Shown piece after piece: positions 12,913 through 25,519 of a stretch of 64,000 nucleotides of DNA. The DNA is taken from assembly GCF_025526975.1 (NCBI RefSeq), contig NW_026515679.1, forward strand, positions 558,001 to 622,000, in the 5' to 3' direction. The notes beneath the pieces are model-generated. The model was given only the letters and a program-made list of their open reading frames with translations, was not told where the DNA came from and did not search any database. Positions within the stretch are counted from its first letter, which is position 1. Each line of letters begins with the position of its first letter. The translations under genes were made by a program, and so were the position numbers. Source of the stretch: Fimicolochytrium jonesii. Taxonomy: Eukaryota.

Positions 12913-13302
12913 CCCTGTCCGCAGTGTCCCGCAGTTGCAATGTCGGCAGCGTTTCAATGTGGCACTTCTGCCTTTTTTAGCAGGCGCATGACGATGATGT
13001 CCGATGAGCGGCGGGGGAAGGCTCTCACGCGTCGCGCGCTTTCTCCTTGTCCGAAAACTGCCAACTGGGAAGGCAGACTCCAAGAAGGCTTTGCATTCGC
13101 AGCCCAATTCCTGTCGTCCCATCAGAATAGAGTTCTGTCTGCGAACGTCAGCAAGTCACTCCGTTTACTCAGTCAGCCGTCTAGGTGCGCAAGGGAGACC
13201 GCGACAACATCGTCAGAAACTCCGGAAAACAAGTATACGGAGCGATTCGTAGATGTTTCGAGGAAGTTCCCACGCATAACGCTGAGCTCGCCAACTTTCG
13301 AC

Positions 13303-16300
13303 ATGGCCGACGATCAGGCCGACTCGACTCCAGTGGCCAAGTCGAGCGGCATAGAGGCTGCCAAACGGCGTAAGACCGAATTCACGACGCCAGGGCCTTC
13401 AGCGCGGAACGCTTTGCAGGACTCGAGCGTCAACCGTGACCGTCAACAAACTCCTCTCTTCGCTCGCCCAAACCACTTTGCGAGCTTACCATCTAGACGC
13501 AGCTGCTCTTCACAGTCTTCAGTGGACGTTCTCTTTGCGCGCAGACGCCAGCATACTCAGGAAAATGATACCCCGACTCGCCCTTACCCTTCGCTGGAAG
13601 GACCGTCTGCAGCTAGCAAGGCGAAGACGACTTTCCCACGGAGTATCTCCACACCCAAATTGTCCCTAAAAGACTTTCATTTCACACCGGCGAAACCTAC
13701 ACACCCTACCACCCCGATGCAGACGATCGCTGACAGAGATGGGAAGCAAATGCATGGGGATGGAGGGCCGAGGGCGGAACGGCCCAACCCGGCCGTTTTC
13801 GCTACACCACGAACTCCGACAATCAAAAAGTTATCCACAAAGACGCCTGGGCAGAGTGGACAGCGTCGTACGAAACCAGAGAGAGATGCATTGGTTGTGT
13901 CTGCAAGACAGATGCTCAAAACCTACCGATTCTTCTTCGATTGTCTCGAGAGTCCGACTATTGTGCAGGCCAAAAAACAGTTGAAGGAACTAGGATCGGT
14001 GTGTATTAGAATAATATTGAGCAGATTGATGTGCTTGATTTACTCATTGTCTGTCTGTCCAGCATGTCGAGGTCTTCAGGAATAAGAAGGTCACTCACAT
14101 CATTGTGCTTACCTTACCGAAAGCTGCCGGGATGACCCTTACGCGCACCGACGCGTCCGCATCGAAAGCATCTGCGAGCAATCTAAGTTCAGCAACCAAA
14201 CCGCTCGCTTCGCGCCTGAAAGGGACCACGCCCCAGGCAAGTCCCATAGGAATACCAACCAAGACGCCTCGTCGCGAATCCGCCACGCCAAAAGCATCAA
14301 ACGGGGCTGTCACTCCAGCTCCGAGCAGATCACCCAAAGTTTGGGATCTCCAACGACTAGTGGATCTTCTTCAGCAGTTGAATGAACAAGAACCAGAGCG
14401 AAAGCTGCAGGATCATCTTCGAGAGGAACGCATCTATGGAGTCTCAACAGCCCGGGACGTGGAACAAGAGGCCATCCCATTTCACGTCTTTCGCGAACGA
14501 TATGTACTTCTCGAGGATTTCAATGAGGCGTATAGACCTATACTGATACGCGAGTACAAGGATACAAAGAATCCAGCCGCGGCCCGGTGGCCATACATTG
14601 ATCTTCGCGATCGCCAGGGCATGTGTGCTTTTCATCGCCGCCCCACCTCGGAAACTGTTTCGGATGATGCTGGCAGCGGAGACGATAAACACATGGAAGA
14701 GCGGGTACCGCTGGCGGATGTGGTCGCTCCAGCACCTGCTGTGTCGAAAGAACAGCCGCCACTACCTCCTGTAACCCCTCGTCGGGCCTTTCAAGGTATC
14801 TCGGCGGCTTCCGGACTGGTGACGATGTCCGCGGCGTTGCCCCCAAGGGAGGTGCTTGAGACGCGGAGCATCAAGGACCTGGGAAACCGGCAGCTTGCTG
14901 TGCCAACCACCAAACGCCGCGAAAAATCGACAACGAAAGCGAAGAGTGTCGAACGCGTTGATGTAGTCACGGCTCCTCCTGCTGGAAAGATTTTCTACAC
15001 TCGCCCAGGGCTCTGTGAGAATTGCAATGTGAAATATGACGTCTTCCAAGAGGTATGTCCCGTTCCGTTCCTTCATCTTCAAGGCCCACCTCCAATTCTT
15101 TCCATCATTTGCAGCATGTGAATTCATCCGTTCACAGACTCTGGCTGTCACAAGCGAACTTCCAGGACCTCGACCACGTACTGGAGAGATTGAAGCGTCC
15201 TCGTAAGGCAGGCTTGCAAGAAGAGCAAGATACTTCCGAACCGCCTGCGAAGGTCAGAAAGCTGGACGATGGGCTCGCTCCCCTGAACGAGGAAGGCGAA
15301 ACGAATCCGAGCACGTTAGCGAGGATTGAAGCCTATCAGGAGCAGAAGCGACTCGATGCGGTAGCTTCAACCACAGTCCCGATCGAAACGAAGGAACCCG
15401 CTGCTTCGAGGACAGAAGCGTATTGCGAGAAGAAAGGACAGGTGATGCATGATGAGGCCAATCCCTTCGTTGAGCGCGAAAGCCAAAAGCCGAAGGTCAT
15501 CGATACCAGCTCGCCACCGCCACCGCCACCTACGCCTGCTCCGTCAATATCCAGACCTGAACCCGAGCCACAACCTGAGGATAATGAGGTTAAATGGCAG
15601 CTCTTTTTTGTTCCTTTTTTTCCTCACCCCTGTTGTTAACACTATGGCTTTTTGCAGACCGAGATTGACATCGTCGGCACAGAACCCCTCAACATCCTAA
15701 CCGAACCCGCAACACTAAACTCCATCAAATCCCCCTTCCTCCCACCGCACAAGATCCATCTCTCTTACGACATGAACACCACAAGCCCGTCCCGATTATC
15801 CGCCATGTCTTCCCTCCCATCCGTAACCCCTCAAAAGCGTCGCAGGGACGACAGCATGTTCTCCTCCTCGATGCCCGTGCGGAGGATTCGCCTTAAGATG
15901 CCACCGAAGGTTGTTACCGCGTCGCAGCAAAGCTCGGTGGCTGATGCGAGGCCACCGCCGATTTTGAGCTCGTTTTTGCCTCCTATGCAAGTGTCGCCCC
16001 GGTCCACGGACAAGCCACGCATGGCTGCAGGGAAGAAGTTTTCTCAGGTGGCTTCATCGGCACCCGTCATGAACTCGCCCTCGGGGTCGGGGGCAATAGC
16101 TGCACCAGCTCACCGTGCAGCGGACAGCAGGGTCGCTGAGCACAGCGAGATGGTAGACATTGGCTCGTTCGGAGAGCTTGCCGAGACTTCATCCAAGCTA
16201 GCTCAGAACTCTGCGGCTGCCCACCAGACTGCACGGGGAACGACTGGGCTTTTGCTGGCCGCATCCACTGAGATGGATCAGGTCTCGAAGTCGGTTGAAC

Positions 16301-19215
16301 GGCCTTCGCCTGGTTCGGTCGAAGCAGAGGAGCTCGACGCCCCGTCTCAACCAGCTGAGAATCCGCAAACGAAACAGTCATCGCCTGCTCCGACCAAGGT
16401 GACGGAGCTCGAAACCGCCCCTCAGTTGGGCGAGGCTAATGGCGTCTCAGAGTCGATTGGGGGACAGTCATCGCCTGCTTCGACTGAAGAGACGAAATTC
16501 GATGGCCCCTGTCAGTTACCTTCAGTAACCGAGTTTGAAGGTAAAACCTTGCAAATAGTGTCGCCCACTACGTCTATCTCTACTGTCGAGGACGAATACG
16601 CCCATTCTCTCACACCGTCGCCACCAATCGAGGAAGAGGCGGCACAACTTCTCACCTCGTCACCACCACACGAAACCTCTTCCGCATCAGAAGAGGCTGA
16701 TGTCACTCCGCTGCCATCTTCGCCTTCTCAAGCGAACGATGAAGTTGAGGACACAATCGATCAACTATCAAACGCGATGTGTTCGAATGAGGTTATGGAT
16801 GCTTCGCAGTTACCTCCAACGGTTACAGATGAGGCGCAGAACGAATCGCCATTACGATCATGTTCCGCGAAGGCCACTGAGAGTCCTTGCTCAGAACCGG
16901 GATCACCAACCGACGTAGCGACGACAGTCGGGTATGTACCGCAAGATCCTCCATTAGATTCCGAGCTAGCGTCGGCAAATGCGATGATTCAAGAGGATTC
17001 CGTTGGACCGCGAGCTGCTGCGCCTTTGTGCGACGACGAATCCAGAGCACAGCATCAACCAAGCTCATCCTTCGAAGATGCGGTCTCTGCCACAGAAAAG
17101 ATTGGGAAACTGTCCACATCGCCCATTGACGATGATGCGCAGGATTTGCGAGAGTCTCAGCCAAGCTCTCAGTCGACTGATGGAAACCTCGCGGAAGCAC
17201 TGCCACCAGCATGCTCCACGCCGACAGAGAAGGACCAACCGGAGTCAGCTCAGCCGAGTCCAATCTCCTTTGCCGAGGGGGAGGCGCAGGAAGATTCCGT
17301 GGCCGGTTCAGCTATGGATGTTGCTGAAGCCACGGACGAGGACACATTCGAGACCCCACCATCATCGCCTCGCATGAGACCCAGAGATCATGATGTGGAG
17401 AACGCACCGCAACTGACGAGGTGGCGAAGTTCCCCGCAGAGCGAGGCTGCGGAATCGCATGGATCGGGCTCGAACTGTTTCGAGGGAGAGGCGAAAGAGC
17501 CGTCCAAAGCTGCATCACCTCCGGATTCCACCCGTTCATCTGATACTGTCCAGGAGCCTCTGAAATCTGCGGACGACCCTTCGTCCAGTGACGAAGACTC
17601 AGGCGAGCCAACCGACCTTCAACAAACACGCACGCTTCCGGTCAACATTTCCGAGGGCTCACCAGAGCAAGCATCGGAAGCTACGTCAATAGCGGAGAAT
17701 ATGTACGAATTGTCCGCTGTACCACCATCGCCCGGCTCACAACCAACGGAGTCTTCACCACTCTTTTCGTCCGCAGACATGAAGGTGCGAGCATCGGCAG
17801 ACGTGATGACCTCGGAAGATCCCCTCACGGCCATGAGTGTGGGAATGGATACGTCTCCTGGCCAAGTTATCCCGAACACGATGGAACCTGAACCGTGTCC
17901 TGCAGAACAAGTAGGACATTATCCCCCGCCGCTCCAACAGCGAAACCCTCATCTATCAGTATCATCCTTCTCCGACATGTCGATGATGTCAGATCCACCG
18001 GCAAACTTCATATACCCAAAAACATTTCAAGCGGAGCTGCTTGCTATGATCAACGAAGTCGCCAGGGACCTTATGTCATCAGATGATATCCCAGACGAAG
18101 ACGCCCTGCCGAACCGCGCTGGGTCGCTTCAACCGCCCCCAACGCTGCCACCGCAACAACCCCGCTTCGGACCAGCTACTGTAACTCATCCGCCTCCTGC
18201 AAGGCAATACAAGCCGACAGCCCCATCAAACAGTTATGATCCGCTCCTGTCTTCTGATCCACTGTGCCACGACCCTCAAGGAGATTACGTCCGGCCCTTG
18301 CTTCCTGACGACGCTGACGAGATGCCGGGCATCGTTCCGTCATCGGCGTATCCTCAATTTCAGCAAAGGGCGGAGCCCGAAACACCTACGCGCTGGTCGT
18401 TGCCCGCACATACACAACTCGGACCTGGGACCACGCCTGACGTATCTTTGCTGACGGCGTGGAAGGGAGTTCCACAATACTCGAGACATCACATTCACCG
18501 TACACCTCACCGATACCATAGCAGCACACATACTGGCACAATGTCTTCCGCTTTCGGAACGCCCGGCAGCATGACGCCGAATAATGTGCCGCTCACGCCG
18601 CAGACGATGGGACATCAGGCGTACCTGAGAATGCTGACAAACGCGGCGACACCGCCGATGCTGCAGACACGATCGTCTCCGGTCGGAGGGGCATGTGAGC
18701 ACACTTGGGACTACACGCCTAACGCTCATCACACCACCGTCGTCACACAGGCCCTCCCCCCCTTTCCGGTGACAAGCGGTGTACTGCAACGGCCAGAAGG
18801 GAGCGGCCCAGGGCAACAACAAAAACAGCAGCATCCCCACAGGAGATCCACACCACAACGGAAAACATTCGCCCACCTGCCTGCCCAAATCCCACCCCTC
18901 CCCTCATCCCAACTCGGCCACCAAATCCTCACACCACCAGCCGCGAGCCAAGGGTTATTGTCCATCGTTCCGACATTATACTCGAACCATCCTCTCCCAC
19001 ATTCCGTCCGTGACGCCCACCGCTGCGCGCATACGGCTTGCCCTCCATCGCAAGTCTCAATCCAGAATCCGAATATGTTCGCGCCTGACTACGTGCAGCC
19101 TGGCGTGTCTCAGCAAGCGCGTACCACCAATGCCCGCCACCTTCCATCCGGGGAAACCGCGCGACCACCCTTGCGGCTGGGCAGCAGGGGATACATGTAT
19201 AGTTCCAGCACATAG
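13303..19215 (+). CDS. DBF4: DDK regulatory subunit Dbf4/Dfp1 with very long disordered C-terminal extension
   Basis: Motif N (FFFD..LKELGS|..VTHII), motif M (YVLLED..YRPILIREY..WP) and motif C zinc finger (GLCENCNVKYDVFQE|HVNSSVH..NFQDLD). The phase-0 join to the 15652-19215 ORF is plausible but inferred. Confidence 0.8.
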
Positions 19216-19574
19216 ACAATTGACGCGTTTATTCGTGGTACAATGGCAGTGTGTATTAGAGTTGTAGATTCGCATGAGAGGCGTTGGTGTTGTACGTCCA
19301 TTGAATGATGACATGGGACGATGAAAGGATAGGAGAATCTGCACATGCAGCTGTTCGATTATGAAAATAGATACCCCCATCCTGCTTCATTCATCACCAG
19401 CCCTAGCGCGCAAAGGCACGCCTAGCGTTTTCTTGTGTGTATACGCCAGTACGGGTCCGCTGATACCGCTGATGAGGAGGCTCAACGGACCAGTAGCGAA
19501 GATTTTCACACTAGCCATTTCGTCCCAGCGACAAGATCGGAGAAGCGTCCGGACATCGCGGTAAAAGCTATCTC

Positions 19575-19965
19575 TCACATCGTAGCCCGAAACACACCCA
19601 ATCCGATGAAACCTACAAGGAAAGTGAGTGTTGTTCCTCCTATGCCGTCGCGCCTACCCAACCATTCATCGCTTGGAGCATCCCTGAAAGCACCGAAGCA
19701 AGACACTCCAAAAACGCGAACGTCACGCACCGGCGCCCATAACACCCAACAACCCTCTATGCCACTTGAAATTCCTGAGTGCATTGCGTGAGGTCGACGC
19801 CGCAGGGTCGAAGGTCAGCTGGCTGCGCTCGTATAATACGTAGGTCGCGACGCCGATACAGGTTGCGGTGCCCGTGATGCGGCAGGCGAGGCAGTCTGCT
19901 GGTGATGAGGACTCCGGGGGCGGCAGGGATGGTGATTGTTGAGAGGGTGGTGATGGTTGCAGCAT
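19575..19965 (-). CDS. DUF4536 / DMAC1-like small membrane protein, 2 exons
   Basis: DCLACRITGTATCIGVATYVL; the spliced end reads GFIGLGVFRATM*. Confidence 0.75.
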
Positions 19966-20303
19966 TGTGTTGCGTCGGATACTTTATCGCATGACTTTAC
20001 CGAGGAATATACCGACCACTCGCTGCTTTTGGAACCGGAACGTATGGCAGCGAAGTGCTCGGCTATGGACTCCTCCTTCACGCCTTCGTCTTGCAGATGA
20101 GGTGGACCTCTTGGGGGAAAGCTGAAAAGCAGAGGAATTTGACCTCAGCGCAAGTACACGTGACGAGGACGTCTGTACGCGAAAGTTTAAAATTGGAACT
20201 TCGTTATCCTGAGCTTTACTCTTTCCTTCTCGTATGCCACTGGTAGTTTTCGACATTTGTTCACCGTTCGATATCTCCGTCTGCTCTTAATTAAACACTC
20301 AGG

Positions 20304-21443
20304 ATGGTCTCTTTCGTCTGGTTCGTAAACACCGACCCTTTGCCTCCACCTCCGTCGCCTATCTAACCAGCTTTCCCCACCGTGTCATTTGCGGAAAACA
20401 GCGACTCGTGCCAGGAAACCCTGAAGAAGGCCAAGCTCGACCAACACACCTATCGCTGCCACTATGCGCAGTTCACTTGTATAGGTGAGGGGTACGGGCT
20501 GGTGTTTCGGGGGAAGCCGGCTGTATTTTGCGTCGATGGGCATTCGGTAATTGACTCCTTTGGCGTCTTGTTTTAGACTGCTCGACTACATTCCAGGGAA
20601 CTGACGTATGTATGGTGGATTTTGGCAAGTCAATGCGCGAGTATTGCTGATGACGATTTCATCATTCAACAGTACAAGGCGCACACGAGCTGCATCTCGG
20701 AAGCTGAGAAGTACCAGGGAGCGCTGTACAAAGGGCCTAAGAAGGTACAGTCGCAGTCGCGCCCTAAACCTCACCTATCTTAAGGTGGAACAAGCACTTA
20801 CACGAGAATCGCAGGGCGCAAACAAGCAACAAAACAACAACAACAAACAAGCAAAAGCTGCATCCACCCCAACACCCACCCCCGACTCCAAATCCAACAT
20901 CGCAAAAGCACCCGCGTCCCTCTCCCTCATCGACCAGATCAAAAACGCCGAGGCCGCAGCCGCTACCAGCACCGGTACCACTATCACGACCACAGTTGTC
21001 ACGGAAGAGGTGACAAAGACGGAGAAGAGGCCGAGGGAGGCTGAGGAAGGGGAGGAGAAGAAGGAGAAGAAGGAGAAGAAGAAGAGCAAGAAGGCGAAGA
21101 TTGTTGAGAAGGAGGTGGATGTGGCAGTGAAGGTGGATGAGGTTGTTGTCGAGGCGGGGAGTGGAGTTGATGCTGCTGTTGACTTTGCGGGGGCGATTAA
21201 GAAGGTGTTGAAGAAGGTATGCAGGAAGCGGGCGCAGTGGATTACCTTTTCGGGTGGAGGGCCGGCAGGCACTTAAGCGTTTCCTCATTGCAGACATCGG
21301 AACTTTCCATCGCTGAACTGCGGAAAAAGACGATCAAGAGGATCTCGAAAAAGGTGTCGGTGACTGAGGAGGAGCTGAACTCGCAGTTCGACTCGTTGAT
21401 CAAAGTGGCTCTGGATGGAGAGTCCTTGACACTGAAGCTCTGA
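20304..21443 (+). CDS. LYAR: LYAR-type C2HC zinc-finger nucleolar protein, multi-exon
   Basis: MVSFVC|DSCQETLKKAKLDQHTYRC..FTCI|DCSTTF..|YKAHTSCISEAEKYQG, followed by a Lys-rich tail. Confidence 0.9.
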
Positions 21444-21661
21444 GATAGGGCCCGGTCATTTATTGCCGTGAGCAGGCGTCAGAATACCTAGATGGAGGGA
21501 AAAGAACGCCCCACAATACGTAGTGGAATACACGTAGACACAAACGGCCCGGAGCCGAGACATGTACAGCAGCACATCCCTTTTGTAATTTATCTTCTGC
21601 ATCATTTCATCATCGCTATTCTTTATGTACAACTAGTGCGGGAAGAGCCCTGGGTGCGGTC

Positions 21662-22977
21662 TTAGGTGCTAGTGCTGGCCTCTCCCGTTGCTGCTGCTTC
21701 GGGCTTCTTTTTGCTCTTCTTCTCGGCCTGAACGGGGAGGAATGACATGATCAATGGAAAGTAAATGGGGAATAGTGCGAGATGCCGTCAAGACTCACCT
21801 CCGCTGCGTTCTCCTTCTCGATGAGAGCCGTCACTTCCTCTACTTCGGATGATTCCAGAGTCTGAAACAGACGATAAACTGGTCAGATGACGAGCTTTAT
21901 GTGAATGGCAGGTCTTTTCTGCAGCGAACATACCCTTAGGATACCATCGACGCCCATCAAAGCAACCTCAATGTTCTTCGCTCCGGTTTGCACAATCTAT
22001 CGCGTACACCCAACAATCAAATACCATCCGACGATGAGAAGTTGCGTGAATGCACAAACGCACCTCAAGTAGCGAGCGAATAGCCAGCTTAACCGTCTCA
22101 TCCCGATCCATGTTCTCCTTGTAGTTTTTCTCCAAGAACTCACGCACAGTCTTTGAACTCCTGCCGATCGACGCGGCTTTCCACGCCGAGTAGATTCCAG
22201 AGGGGTCGGTCTGATACAGCTTGGGCGTCTTGTCAGAGTCGAAGCCGATGACGAGCGTGGAGATTCCGAAGGGACGGACACCGCCGCTTTGTGTGTATTT
22301 CTGGTAATCGGGGAAGGAGCAGTCAGTATGGGAGGGAAGTTTGGCCATTGAAATGCGACTGACGACTGAATAGTTCATCAGGTCGTACCTGTTGCACTCC
22401 GGCGACATAGCGGGTGATGTACTCGACCGACACAGGATCCTCGACTGTCAAACGATGGCTTTGGCACTCCATACGAGCCTTATTGATGAGCACTCGAGCG
22501 TCGGCAGTCAGACCTTTCGTTCAGAAGAGCGGGGCGCGCCGCTTGAGAATCGTGTTCGCAAGGAGGACTAATACGTAGCACTCAAGCGTAACTAGCCAAC
22601 GCACCAGCAAAGGTCATGCAGATGTGATCATCCAGCATTGCAATCTTCCTGACAGTCCGTGGGTCCTGCAGCTTCGCCACTGTCTTCTTCTCCACACCCA
22701 GTACGACCACATCCTTCCCTCTTACGCCAACCTATGAGGATAAGCTGATAAGTCTTATGCTGATCACCTGGGAAAGAGGATAGAAATCAGACGTCTTACC
22801 GCGCAGGTACCCTTCCGGACAGCCTCCAACGCCTAAAGACATATATTCACAACGTTTAGACAGCCGTGAGGAGGCACAACAAAGACAGGAGATCTCCAGA
22901 ATGACACTTACATACTCGACTTGGAAGAGATGGCCATCTGGGGAGAAGACGGTCAAGGCGCGATCGTACCCAGACAT
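21662..22977 (-). CDS. PRE6: 20S proteasome subunit alpha type-7 (alpha4), multi-exon
   Basis: [57 protein letters not shown]. Confidence 0.95.
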
Positions 22978-23243
22978 TGTGACAGGCGTGGATTATGGAA
23001 GCGGCGTTTGAGGGGGTGAGGGGTGAAGCGAGTGCGGAAGGCAGTGGAAGGTGAAACTGTTGCTGGGGCTATATGTATTGCGAGCGAATGCGGTTCCCAC
23101 GGTAAAAAGGAATCACCAAGGTCTTGAAGTCAACGACTTTCTGGACGCAAGCCTTTGCATAAGTGACGTGTCCTCCTTGCCTCGCATAAGACGCGTTTTC
23201 TCTCAGGAGTTATCTGGGAGTTATCGGCATTCTGCTATCCACA

Positions 23244-23906
23244 ATGAGCCGTGACACACAAAAAGCCCCGCAAACGACTGGATCCCAAGGCGAGGAAGGG
23301 GGAGAGGAGGACGAGTGGGAGGAAGAGGTACGTTCGCCGTGTGATGCTTTGACATCTCCGAGACGTTTTACTGACCCTGCGTTCCCAGACCAAGTACGTC
23401 GTACTGGATCTTGGAACCGAGGTCGATGCCGAGACGGTGCAAGCAGCTGCAGCCAAATACGAAGGCCTTTCCATCATAGTAAGCTTCCAACCCCTTCCGA
23501 ATGTGTGTGCTGTGCTTATGCTCACGCATTCTCACCCCGATAGGGCTTGGACACGGCAACACCAGTGCTTCGAATCGGAAATATGGTCTTTAAAGGAGCA
23601 CTGGACCGCACGCTGGGGACGGATCTGATATTTTCAAAGTCGAATCCCAACGAGAGCAGGCCAAAACGTATGAAAAAATTTCTATGGTCGAACATGCCAG
23701 CCGACCGCAGTTCAATCAACACCGTTTTCTGAACCATCCCAGGCGCACCTCAGGGTCCTATGCCCATGTCCATGGATCCAAGCCGCGCGGATATAGATAT
23801 GACGTTCATCGGTACATCTTCTCTGAAAGCGAAATTCAAACGAGTGGATATGGTTAGGAAGCCGGATCGTTCGAGCCCGATGGACGTTGATCCACCCACG
23901 CAATGA
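23244..23906 (+). CDS. TFIIIC subunit 6 (TFIIIC_sub6 / triple-barrel domain) protein
   Basis: EDEWEEE|TKYVVLDLG..II|GLDTATPVLRIGNMVFKG...LGTDLIF. Confidence 0.8.
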
Positions 23907-24097
23907 GTTGGGATCCGCAGTCGGAGAAGAATTGGCTGAGCAGTTTCTGATAAACTGAGAAGGAGAGATAAGCTGAAGAGCGGCCGGGAAAGAGGAGCGA
24001 TGGGTCGAAGAGGAAACTGGCTCGACATCTCCGAATTGCCGAAGATAAGCGATGGGTTCAAGGACGATTAACAGATTATCGACGCAGAAGCGAAAGG

Positions 24098-24166
24098 GGG
24101 CTGGTAGATGCGCCGGCTAGAAAATCTTAGGGCTGGTAGATGCGCCGGCTAGAAAATCTTAGGGCT
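24098..24166. repeat. Perfect 32-bp tandem repeat (2.2 copies)
   Basis: gggctggtagatgcgccggctagaaaatctta twice, plus gggct. Confidence 0.95.
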
Positions 24167-25519
24167 AACGAAGAAGCTGTGTGAAGAGAAGCGATTAGCA
24201 GAAAAGCGCTGGATGAGCAGCCCCTGATAGCAGAAGAGGAGATCTTTGCCGAGGATCGAACAAGAATCCGCGCGTGATGAGGCGCCCATATGAAACTACC
24301 AGCGTCACCAGCCCCTGCTCAAATGGACAAGCCTATTCGCTACATTCCGCGGGCCCCTGGTTCCTCAGATCCGGTCCCCTCGTCCACCGCACAACCGTCC
24401 GACTCTCCATGGACACCCCTCCTCGTCCGGCGCCCCCGGCACACGCCGTTATCCACGTTCAGACAGCGGTGCAGACCGTGGCTCCTGTGCCTGTTTCGGT
24501 TGCTCCGACAACACAACCACATCCTCGCATGTATTATGGCCGCACCTGGCAAATCTTCCGCTTATCGTTTGGCGCAGCAGACGACCACGAGTGGTTCTCG
24601 CCTAGCTGAATCAATGATACAACCTGGAGGCAATCAATTGAAGCAGGAGTGTCTGTAGGCGTGTAAAGGAAGCGCTTTCTTGGTTGTCCTTGTTTTCCTC
24701 TGCGCTAGTGGTAGCCTGCCGAGCAGCGTCTGCCAGCGGAGGATGCGGGAAGGGCCGATCAGTGGGGGATAGAAGAGCTTATCGACGAAGAATAACAAGG
24801 CTAAGAACGTCGGCTTGAGTAGCAGGAAAAACCGAGCAAAAGAGCCACGGCTTGCTGATCGTCTCCGACTATATCTAGAGGACAGACTCGCAGAGGTGCG
24901 GCGGGTAGAAGAAGACCTCGTTCACTGAAAGAGGAATGACTCGCAGAAAAGCGGGGCAGGGGCGGAAGTAGAGATGACACACATTCTGTGAGCGTCGTGG
25001 AATGATCCCTCCGCAGGGTCTTCATTGCCAAACTCAAAGGTAATGATCAGATATCCAGATCATTGGGCGCGTCGTCCCCGAGTAACCTTCTCTTGCACAG
25101 CCACCGGTAGCTTCGCACGGAGAGCGCGCGGCAATGAGAAAGGACTCTTTGTACACATTCTCCGGGGTGCCTATTGTTGAGGTAATTCAGGGCATTGGAA
25201 CCTGACGAGAGTAGCAAAGAGTAGAAGTAGCCGGCGGAAAGGAAAATTGTCCAGAAGCACATACATAAGATCGATTTCCTTCCCTCGAACTCGGATACTT
25301 TATTAGCAGTCGAGTGCCTTGCCGTTCCGACTGGATCTGGACAACGTGGAAAAACGATGCCCGTATCGAATGCAATGGCTAACCCTAACCTGAACGCGTC
25401 GGAATTTGATCTCGCGCGTCGAGCACCAGATTTTCCCTTTCCGCTCAAAAGCACTCTCGCAATCAAGTCCCTCTGGTGAGCTCTACCATTTTCGACCTCA
25501 GCCCCAAGAACGGCCGACG

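Noticed and set aside
24098..24166. 32-bp repeats as a CRISPR array
   Set aside because: They are directly tandem with no spacers, in a eukaryotic context with no cas genes.
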